A DNA stretch of 64,000 nucleotides from an uncultured Atopobium sp. (GTDB lineage Bacteria; Actinomycetota; Coriobacteriia; Coriobacteriales; Atopobiaceae), in the NCBI GenBank assembly GCA_963524285.1, contig CAURGZ010000002.1, positions 14,287-78,286 of the forward strand, read 5' to 3'. The notes under the pieces are model-generated. The model did not search any database. It saw only the letters and a list, made by a program, of their open reading frames with translations, and had not been told where the DNA came from. The translations under genes were made by a program, and so were the position numbers. Positions 56,355 to 64,000 of the stretch are shown here, one piece after another (within the stretch, counting starts at the first letter, position 1; every line of letters begins with the position of its first letter).

Positions 56355-59015
56355 TTATGCCTTTGCAACCTCGGTAAGGTTGGTAAGGATCTTATCGTCC
56401 TTCTTATCCCACTTTGGAGCAGGACGGAAGAGCTGGAAGAGAATTGCTGCCAAGAAGGCAAAAGCAATAACAGTCCAGACACCGAAGGAACCAAGAACGA
56501 AGAACTCCCAGAACTGGTTGATGATAAGACCAACAATCCATGCAAATACGCACTGATAGCCAATAGCAAACCAGAACCACTTAGAGTCATTCATCTGACG
56601 ACGGATGGAACCAACTGCAGCAAAGCAAGGTGCGTCAAGCATATTGAATGCAACAAATGCGCACATTGCACCAACGTGAAGAATGCCACCAGCATCGGTG
56701 AACATACCAGCGAAGCCAGACCACATAGTAACGGACTTCTCGCTTGCATCACCAAGACCGTAGAGAACACCAAAGGTAGAGACAAGGTTCTCTTTTGCGA
56801 TCAGAGCGGAGATGGAAGCTGCAGTTGCCTGCCAGTTTGCAAATCCAAGAGGAGCAAAGATAACGCCGATGAAACCACCAACAGCTGCAAGCAGGGAGAA
56901 GTCCATGACATTCTCAGGAGCGCCCTCGATGCCTGGAAGGTAACCAAAGACGCCGTTTGCGCCCTCCCAGGTTGCCCAACCAAAGTTGGAAAGAACCCAG
57001 ATACCAATAGCCGCTGCGAAGATGATGGTACCAGCCTTAAGGATGTATGCAGAGATACGCTCCCAAACGTGCATTGCCCAAGACTTGATAGAAGGCATGT
57101 GGTAATCAGGAAGCTCCATAACAAATGGTGCAGGCTCGCCCTCAAATGCCTTAGTCTTCTTCAGCATGACTGCAGAAATAACAATCATTGCAACGCCAAG
57201 GAAGTAGAAAGCAGGAGCAACCCACCAAGCAGAAGAGCCACCAATAAGAACACCCATAACCAAAGCAATGATTGGCTGCTTTGCGGAGCAAGGAATCATG
57301 GTGGTGAGCATTGCAGTCATACGGCGGTCCTTCTCGTTCTCAATGGTACGAGTAGAAAGAACGCCAGGAACACCACAGCCAGAAGAAATCAAAAGTGGAA
57401 TGAAGGACTTGCCGGACAGGCCAAAGCGACGGAACACGCGGTCCATAACAAAGGCAACACGGCTCATGTAACCGCAGTCCTCAAGGAAGCACAGCATGAC
57501 AAACAGAACAAGCATCTGTGGGATAAAGCCAAGGACAGAGCCAACGCCGCCAATAATACCGTCAACTACAAGGCTAGTGACAACGGGACTTGCGCCAGCA
57601 CCTGCAAGAGCACCGCGAGCTAGATCAGGAATACCTGGGACATACATGCCGTACTCGGAAGCCTCTGGCTCAGTAGCAGCACCTTCAACAGCAGTCTTAA
57701 AGCCAGCGGCAGTTACGCCACCAAGAGTCTGGAGTTCCTGACCCTCAGCAAGAATTGGTTTGCCGTCAGCGTCAAGCTTAAGAGGATTGCCGTCAGTATC
57801 AACGAAGTTGCCATCCTCGTCATGAACTGGTGCGCTCAGAGCAACAACGTTCTTCTTGGCAGTCTCTGCCTCAAAGCTGGTGATAGCGTCAGAATCCCAC
57901 TGTTTAGCTTCGATTGCAGCACGAACCTCAGTGGTATCAATACCAGCCTCGTCAGCTGCGTTGAGATAAGCGTCGATCTGGTCACCATAGTGATGAGAGT
58001 CAAACTCATCTTTTGCCTCATTGTACTCGGCGTCGCCGATACCCATGAAGTGGAAACCCTTGTCAAACAGGTTGTCGTTGACCCAGTCAGTTGCTCCCGT
58101 ACCAACAGTAGAGATGGAAATGAAGTACACAAGAGCCATGATGATAACGAAGATTGGAAGACCGAGGATACGGTTAGTAACAACGCGGTCAATCTTCTCG
58201 GAAGTGGTCAGCTTCTTTGGAGCCTTCTTGACACAAGCTGCCATGACGCCAGCAATCCACTCATAACGGTCAGAAGTGATGATGGACTCAGCGTCGTCGT
58301 CACGAGACTGCTCAACTGCAGCAATGATCTTCTCGAGCTCAGCGGTCTTCTCGGCAGAAAGGTTAAGAGGGGCAATTGCATTTGCATCGCGCTCAAAGAC
58401 CTTAATGGAGTACCAACGAGAAAGAGTTGCAGGAGCAAGGCCCTCGATTGCAGTTGCAATCTTGCCAAGAGCCTCTTCAACCTCTGGGGTAAAGCACTTA
58501 ACACCCTCAGCAGGAGTTCCCTCCTGGCCGGCCTTAATTGCAGTCTTTACCAGAGTGTCAATGTTCTTGTTGCGAAGTGCAGAAACCTCAATAACCTCAA
58601 CACCAAGCTGCTTGGAAAGCTCCTTGGTATCAATGACGTCACCGGACTCCTTGAGCAGGTCAACCATGTTAAGACCAAGGATAACTGGACGGCCAGCCTC
58701 AAGAATCTGAGTAGTCAGATAGAGGTTACGCTCCAGGTTGGTAACATCGAGAAGGTCAATAATGGCGTCTGGGCGCTCATTAATGAGGTAGTCACGAGAT
58801 ACCTGCTCCTCAGGTGAATAAGGAGACAGAGAGTAAATACCAGGAAGGTCGACAAAGGTGACGTCCTTATCGGCACGCCAATTTGCCTGCTTCTTCTCAA
58901 CAGTAACGCCTGGCCAGTTGCCGACGTAGCCGTTTGAGCCCGTAAGCTCATTGAATAGGGTGGTCTTACCGCAGTTTGGATTACCTGCAAGACCAATAAT
59001 AGTCTTTTGTGCCAT
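56355..59015 (-). CDS. feoB: Ferrous iron transporter B
   Basis: GNPNCGKTT, VGNWPGVTVE, DLPGIYSL, LEDCGYM.R, GCGVP, PFVMELP. Confidence 0.97.
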   Translation of the reverse strand: MAQKTIIGLAGNPNCGKTTLFNELTGSNGYVGNWPGVTVEKKQANWRADKDVTFVDLPGIYSLSPYSPEEQVSRDYLINERPDAIIDLLDVTNLERNLYLTTQILEAGRPVILGLNMVDLLKESGDVIDTKELSKQLGVEVIEVSALRNKNIDTLVKTAIKAGQEGTPAEGVKCFTPEVEEALGKIATAIEGLAPATLSRWYSIKVFERDANAIAPLNLSAEKTAELEKIIAAVEQSRDDDAESIITSDRYEWIAGVMAACVKKAPKKLTTSEKIDRVVTNRILGLPIFVIIMALVYFISISTVGTGATDWVNDNLFDKGFHFMGIGDAEYNEAKDEFDSHHYGDQIDAYLNAADEAGIDTTEVRAAIEAKQWDSDAITSFEAETAKKNVVALSAPVHDEDGNFVDTDGNPLKLDADGKPILAEGQELQTLGGVTAAGFKTAVEGAATEPEASEYGMYVPGIPDLARGALAGAGASPVVTSLVVDGIIGGVGSVLGFIPQMLVLFVMLCFLEDCGYMSRVAFVMDRVFRRFGLSGKSFIPLLISSGCGVPGVLSTRTIENEKDRRMTAMLTTMIPCSAKQPIIALVMGVLIGGSSAWWVAPAFYFLGVAMIVISAVMLKKTKAFEGEPAPFVMELPDYHMPSIKSWAMHVWERISAYILKAGTIIFAAAIGIWVLSNFGWATWEGANGVFGYLPGIEGAPENVMDFSLLAAVGGFIGVIFAPLGFANWQATAASISALIAKENLVSTFGVLYGLGDASEKSVTMWSGFAGMFTDAGGILHVGAMCAFVAFNMLDAPCFAAVGSIRRQMNDSKWFWFAIGYQCVFAWIVGLIINQFWEFFVLGSFGVWTVIAFAFLAAILFQLFRPAPKWDKKDDKILTNLTEVAKA

Positions 59016-59260
59016 TAGGCTTCCTCTACCTTGTGAACGTCTACTACTTCAATGCTTGCAGCTTCATCCTTGCGGATAGAAAGCTCGTAGCCACGAACTG
59101 TGAGCTCAATTGGGTCTCCCAGTGGTGCTACTTTCTTGACGTAAACCTCAGTGCCCTTAGTAAGGCCCATGTCCATGATGCGACGTTTCACGGCGCCTAC
59201 ACCCTTTAGCGCAGCAACCGTGCAACTCTCCCCCACCTTAACTTCTTTCAGAGTTGCCAT
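59015..59260 (-). CDS. feoA: Ferrous iron transport protein A
   Basis: RRIMDMGL, APLGDP, RGYELSIRK. Confidence 0.95.
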   Translation of the reverse strand: MATLKEVKVGESCTVAALKGVGAVKRRIMDMGLTKGTEVYVKKVAPLGDPIELTVRGYELSIRKDEAASIEVVDVHKVEEA

Positions 59261-59329
59261 AACCTTCCTTTCATCGAAACACGTATTAAAAGCCGCGGGT
59301 TTTACCAGCAGCGCAATACAACAAAGTGT

Positions 59330-59596
59330 TTAGAGCGGAGAAACCATGATGTGCGACGACATCTGACGGTTCAGTCCAAGTCGTGCGCCCTTAACGCTAA
59401 CAATAACGTCGCCGTTGACTCGTGAAATAACCTTTACCTCGGCGCCCTCAACAAAACCAAGTGTTGAGAGGTGCTGGCGAAGATCAGAAGCACCCTTAAC
59501 CGTTATGATCAGCGCAGTCTCTCCCTCACCAAGCATGGCAAGAGGAAGAACTGGACCAGAATTCGCAGGACCCTGTGAGGTCTTTTCTGTATCCAT
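59330..59596 (-). CDS. feoA: Ferrous iron transport protein A (second copy)
   Basis: HLSTLGFVEG, VKGARLGL. Confidence 0.88.
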   Translation of the reverse strand: MDTEKTSQGPANSGPVLPLAMLGEGETALIITVKGASDLRQHLSTLGFVEGAEVKVISRVNGDVIVSVKGARLGLNRQMSSHIMVSPL

Positions 59597-59626
59597 GCAT
59601 CCCCCAAAATAACGTAGGCAAACTAA

Positions 59627-59684
59627 GTTTGCTCTTTCGAACTTTTACTTCATTAGTATCAACTAAAAGTTAAGGTAATTCAAC
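59627..59684 (-). promoter_or_regulatory. feoAAB promoter region with tandem DtxR-like boxes
   Basis: ATTAG-TATCAA-CTAAA (59652-59667), GTTAA-GGTAAT-TCAAC (59669-59684), and a weaker GTTTG-CTCTTT-CGAAC (59627-59642). Confidence 0.6.
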
Positions 59685-59704
59685 TTTCATTTAATAATTA
59701 AAGT

Positions 59705-59750
59705 AAAAATAAGGCGAGAAACCCTGTCTACCAGTGGTTTCTCGCCTTAT
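59705..59750 (-). terminator. ppc terminator
   Basis: ATAAGGCGAGAAACC...GGTTTCTCGCCTTAT with A-run. Confidence 0.75.
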
Positions 59751-59836
59751 AAATATTGCAACTTTATTTCAGGTAATACTAGTTTTACGTAAACATAAAC
59801 ATTTGTTTGCTCAAACTTATGGCAAGCGGTGTGATA

Positions 59837-62704
59837 TCAGCCCGTATTCTGCAGACCTGCGGCAACACCAGACACGGTGCACAAAATCAAATACGTAATG
59901 TTTGCACGTTCCTCTGGAGTAAGCATGTCATCCCTTATACGAAGCTCAGACAGGGCATGCACCTGCGTAACCGAGAGAATATTAACAAATGGCAGACGCA
60001 GGCGGATAACAGGACCAAGCACACGACGGTTCTCCAACGGCCACTTGTTACCGGTGATAGCAAGGACCCACTTGCGCGTCAACGACATCTCGGAGAGAAC
60101 CATCTCCGAAAGCTCAGGGCGATCACCCAGAGCCAGATAAAGTCTTGCAATACGAGCATCAATTTTAGAAATTGACATCTCAATGTTGTCGATAAACGTA
60201 GTGAACAGCGGCCACTCTCTATATGCCTCACGGAGGCGTTCGATATCCCCTACTGCCTCGCAGGCACTGCCCAGTCCGTACCAAGCAGCCAGGTTGATAC
60301 GAGCCTGTGACCAGGAGAAAATCCATGGAATAGCACGCAAGTCATCAAGAGACTTGGCGCCCAGACCACGTTTTGCAGGTCTTGAACCAATGGGGAGAAG
60401 ACCAATCTCTGTCAGAGGAGTAACAACCGAGAACCACTCAGCAAAGCCATCGGAGTGAATGAGCTCCAAGAAACGCTGCTTGGACGCTTTATCAAGCTCA
60501 GATGCGAGCGAAGCAAACTTCACGTCTGTCTGGGTATTCTTCTGTTCAATAGAAGGTGCCATCTGAAGCAGTGTTGCTCCAGCAACGGACTCTACGTGAC
60601 GGCGAGCAAGCGTTGGGTCACCATAGCGAGCAAAAATAACTTCTCCCTGCTCAGTAAGTTTAAAGCGACCGTTGACTGAGCCTTTGGGCTGAGAAAGAAC
60701 AGCACGGTTTGCAGGACCACCGCCACGACCAACTGCACCGCCACGACCATGCATCAAGATGAGGTCAATGGAGTTCTTCTCTGCCCACTCTGCCAAAGCA
60801 GCCTGAGTCTTATGCAGTACTAACGTTGCCGTAGTTGGTCCCTCGTCCTTTGAGGAATCGGAATAGCCCAGCATGACCTCAAGCTTGCGGCCTGTCTGAG
60901 CAAGACGCGACTGCACCTCAGGAAGCTGAATAACCTGATCAAGTGTAGCAACGGCGTTTTCAAGGTCTTCAATTTGCTCAAAGAGTGGAATAACGTCTAG
61001 TACAGGAACGTCTTCTTCATTTGCAAACGCAAGACGTGCAAGTTTGTAGACATTCTCAACATCCTGAGCAGACTGTGTGAACGAAATAATATAGCGACGA
61101 GCAGCGTTAATGCCGTTCTTCTTTTGAATTGATCCAATGGAGCGGAAGGTGTCTAGCACCTCCTGCGTCATAGCATCAAGTTTGGCGGGTTTCTCGGCAG
61201 TTGAGGGGTGTGTCTCAATATCTGCAAGTGCACGTTTGTGTACCAAAGAGTGCTGACGGAACTCCATCTCTACCAAGTGGAAGCCAAAAGTTTGAGCCTG
61301 CCAGATAAGCTTCTGAACAGGACCGTAGGCAATACGGAAAGCCCCTGCTTGAGCCAGTGAATCCTGAATAACGCGCAGATCAGCAATAAACTCTTCAGCG
61401 TTTTGATACATCAGGTCAGCATTGCGCTCAATGGTGGCGCTGAGTCGGCCAGAAATGACGCGCATTGCCGCACGGTGCAACTCAGACCCAGCCTTATCAA
61501 TAGCCCTAGAGGTCAGGACCTGGCTCATTTCTACCTGCTGTGCCCAAAGATTGACAAGCGCAGGCGAAGCTGGAGTAGAAATACCATCAAGCGTCAGGCC
61601 TCGACTGACTTCCTTGGTAGCCTGAGCCAGTGCCTGCAGTACGTGTACACGGTACTTCTCGGCAACTTGGCGAGAAACCAGAGCGGTAACATTAGGGTTA
61701 CCGTCGCGGTCGGAGCCAATCCAGCTACCTGGACGGAAAAATGGTGGGCAGACAGGCGACACACAACCAGCGTTTTCTCCCAGCACCCAGTTATCAAAGC
61801 GGCGATATACCGAAGGAACCATCTCAAAAAGGGTGGTATCAAAAATGTTGAGGACAGTATCTGCCTCCTCCAAAGGAGTTGGCTTTTTATGACCGATAGG
61901 AGACGTACGGAATAGGCCGTCAATCTCTTGCAGCATGCGACGCTCGTTTTCCACGCGAGCAGGACCACCAAGCCTCTGACGCTCATCAAGAAGCTCTGAG
62001 ATAGTGCGGATTCGGCGCTCAACGTTTTTACGACGAGCCTCAGTTGGATGCGCGGTAAAGACGGGGTGGAACTCAAGACGATTAAGACGTGCTTTTGCCT
62101 CTTCTTCACCGCACTCGTCAATAAGCTGTCTATATGCAACGGTTATCTCATTGATAGGGTCTTCTGCAGAAGATGGATCAACAGAAGCCTCACGAGAGCG
62201 CAGGCTGGTAACGCGATAATTCTCTTCACAAAGATTTGCTAAATGGAAGAAAGTGACAAACGCACGCATAAGAAGTACGGAGTCTTCAATGCTTAGGTTG
62301 TCAATGGTAGAGGCAAAGCGAAGAAATGCGTTAAGCGATTCCTTCTCTGAATCTACCTTGAGCACCGCATTAATTGCCTCAAGCAGCAAAGGTGCGCGAG
62401 TTGTAGACAAGTCATCTGGTCCAGCTTTAATTGCCTCAACCAACAACGTGTCAAAGCTAGTAAGAAGATCTGGATTGTACTCAGCAAGCACCTTTCTTAC
62501 CAAACGCAAAAAGAAGGTAAGGTTATCACGCAGAGGAGCTGGTGCTTTAAGCGCTTGAATAAGGGTACGAGCAGCAGCAATCTCATTCCCGCGTCGTTCA
62601 AGAAGCGACTGAGCTACTTCAGAAGTTGTTGCACCATCGATGGGTTTCTCGTCAAAAGAAGCATTGCTGGACTCTAGATTTGAATCTTGAGGATTGCCTG
62701 CCAT
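59837..62704 (-). CDS. ppc: Phosphoenolpyruvate carboxylase
   Basis: FTAHPTE, DRDGNP, GYSDSSKD, GRGGAVGRGG, LRAIPW, QNTG C-terminus. Start lies between 62704 and 62722. Confidence 0.97.
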   Translation of the reverse strand: MAGNPQDSNLESSNASFDEKPIDGATTSEVAQSLLERRGNEIAAARTLIQALKAPAPLRDNLTFFLRLVRKVLAEYNPDLLTSFDTLLVEAIKAGPDDLSTTRAPLLLEAINAVLKVDSEKESLNAFLRFASTIDNLSIEDSVLLMRAFVTFFHLANLCEENYRVTSLRSREASVDPSSAEDPINEITVAYRQLIDECGEEEAKARLNRLEFHPVFTAHPTEARRKNVERRIRTISELLDERQRLGGPARVENERRMLQEIDGLFRTSPIGHKKPTPLEEADTVLNIFDTTLFEMVPSVYRRFDNWVLGENAGCVSPVCPPFFRPGSWIGSDRDGNPNVTALVSRQVAEKYRVHVLQALAQATKEVSRGLTLDGISTPASPALVNLWAQQVEMSQVLTSRAIDKAGSELHRAAMRVISGRLSATIERNADLMYQNAEEFIADLRVIQDSLAQAGAFRIAYGPVQKLIWQAQTFGFHLVEMEFRQHSLVHKRALADIETHPSTAEKPAKLDAMTQEVLDTFRSIGSIQKKNGINAARRYIISFTQSAQDVENVYKLARLAFANEEDVPVLDVIPLFEQIEDLENAVATLDQVIQLPEVQSRLAQTGRKLEVMLGYSDSSKDEGPTTATLVLHKTQAALAEWAEKNSIDLILMHGRGGAVGRGGGPANRAVLSQPKGSVNGRFKLTEQGEVIFARYGDPTLARRHVESVAGATLLQMAPSIEQKNTQTDVKFASLASELDKASKQRFLELIHSDGFAEWFSVVTPLTEIGLLPIGSRPAKRGLGAKSLDDLRAIPWIFSWSQARINLAAWYGLGSACEAVGDIERLREAYREWPLFTTFIDNIEMSISKIDARIARLYLALGDRPELSEMVLSEMSLTRKWVLAITGNKWPLENRRVLGPVIRLRLPFVNILSVTQVHALSELRIRDDMLTPEERANITYLILCTVSGVAAGLQNTG

Positions 62705-62884
62705 GCTCATCCTTTCCCACATGACTCAGAATACGTACTATCTACCATACCCTTTTGTAACAATCTTCGCACGATTGTTTGTCAATCTGTTACCTAATGT
62801 ACATCGTGGACTACAATCGATATAACAAATAAAAATTGATATATCAAAGTTTCTGGCCACGCTAAAGAAGATTTTAGGTTTTAC

Positions 62885-64000
62885 ATGCTCAATCCATTCA
62901 AGAAAAGTCGTACTGCGTACAACAATTCTTCCGTACATAAGCAGGTAGAGCGTCTTCGCACACCTCGCTATGAGCTTGATGACTCGCGCACAAACGGGGG
63001 TCAACCTGGCATTGTGGTTACATGGTGGACCAGGCTTCTCTCTGCCGTAGTCTCTGGCGATATTGCTAATCAAGACGAGCAATACTTGGCACATCAAACG
63101 TCCCAGGATTATCTCTTCAATGCACTTGGACAAGGTGCCTGGGGTGCACTTTTCCCGCTTTTAACTGTTGTTTGCTCTCAGCTTGTTGGCATTGAACAAG
63201 CAGGACTTTTCTCCATGGCATTTGTTGTGGCAACACTTTTGTTATTTATTGCCCAATACGGTGTTCGCACGTATCAAGTTTCCGACATAGTTGAACAACG
63301 TAGTTTTTCTGATTACCAGATTCAACGCGCAGCTACTGTTGTTGTCATGGTGCTAGCAGGTCTTATTTGGTGCTTCTTTAAAGGGTATACCGAGCCCATG
63401 TTTTCTATCTGCACGGGAGCTTTGCTTTTTAGGGCAGTTGACGGTATGGCTGATGTCTACGAAGGTCGTCTTCAGCAAAAAGACAAGCTCTACCTCGCAG
63501 GACTCAGTCAGGCTCTTAGGTGTAGTGCCAGTTTTATTCTCTTTACTGTTGTGTTGTTTGTTACCAGAAATCTTGTATGGGCAAGCTGGAGCATGGGTAT
63601 TTGTGCCCTTATTACCCTGGTATTTGTTTCTGCTCCCCTGGCCATTCTTGAGACCGATAAAAGCGTGCGCATCAAACTTGCAAACATCAAAGATATCTTT
63701 GTACAGTGCTGGCCTCTCTTTTTAGCACTTTTCCTCTACAACCTTATTGACTCGCTGCCAAAGTTTGCCATGGAAGGCACGCTTTCTTACAGCAATCAGT
63801 TGTACTTCAACGCACTTTATTTCCCAGCTCACACTATTTTGATGATCTCTACACTCATCTACAGGCCACAGCTCTTCAAACTTGCTAGTTTGCTAGAAAC
63901 CTCAATTCATAATCCCGCTAATAAGAAACGCTTTGGCGTAATGGTACTTGCAATGTTTGGAGCCATTGCCGTAGTCACCATTGGTACCGCTGCATTTGTC
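62885..64000 (+). CDS. Polysaccharide/teichoic acid flippase-like membrane protein (partial, runs off window end)
   Basis: Own translation from ATG 62885: ...LFPLLTVVCSQLVG..AGLFSMAF...YGVRTYQVSD..., multiple TM helices. Confidence 0.75.
   Translation, partial: MLNPFKKSRTAYNNSSVHKQVERLRTPRYELDDSRTNGGQPGIVVTWWTRLLSAVVSGDIANQDEQYLAHQTSQDYLFNALGQGAWGALFPLLTVVCSQLVGIEQAGLFSMAFVVATLLLFIAQYGVRTYQVSDIVEQRSFSDYQIQRAATVVVMVLAGLIWCFFKGYTEPMFSICTGALLFRAVDGMADVYEGRLQQKDKLYLAGLSQALRCSASFILFTVVLFVTRNLVWASWSMGICALITLVFVSAPLAILETDKSVRIKLANIKDIFVQCWPLFLALFLYNLIDSLPKFAMEGTLSYSNQLYFNALYFPAHTILMISTLIYRPQLFKLASLLETSIHNPANKKRFGVMVLAMFGAIAVVTIGTAAFV

Noticed and set aside
56676..58817. 315-aa and 331-aa + strand ORFs
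   Set aside because: Antisense shadows of feoB.
62738..63133. 131-aa - strand ORF upstream of ppc
   Set aside because: Overlaps the flippase start antisense and an AT-rich promoter region; no coding features.

Overview
Chromosomal window from a mid-GC anaerobic actinobacterium. Gene content and twin-arginine lipoproteins suggest Coriobacteriia/Atopobiaceae (inference). Left to right it holds whiA-rapZ; a sialic-acid catabolism cluster (peptide-type ABC importer, two CE7-like esterases, nanA/nanK/nanE); an AT-rich cassette of two paralogous membrane-anchored proteins; a coupled uvrA-ybaK-murJ-uvrC operon; yhcH/nanQ; mrp plus two flavoproteins; uvrB; a TPR-like protein; coaE coupled to a NitT/TauT ABC transporter; a peptidase/Opp module; an LPXTG surface protein; rpsA; an ~11-kb iron/redox region (HMA protein, flavodoxin, DUF3793, SCA-type P1B ATPase, gpx-ohrR-CDF, feoAAB); ppc; and a partial flippase. 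No rRNA, tRNA, CRISPR array or transposase was recognised. The first main observation is two unannotated, non-coding transcription units in the iron region. Each has a sigma70-like promoter overlapped by a DtxR-like GTTAG-N6-CTAAC box, a hairpin exposing CCCUCUCC, and a terminator-like end, making them candidate iron-sparing sRNAs. The second is a tandem cassette with near-identical ends and a variable core, joined by an orphan cell-wall-binding-repeat fragment, resembling an orphan effector/immunity array. All calls come from reading the sequence; no database searches were run.
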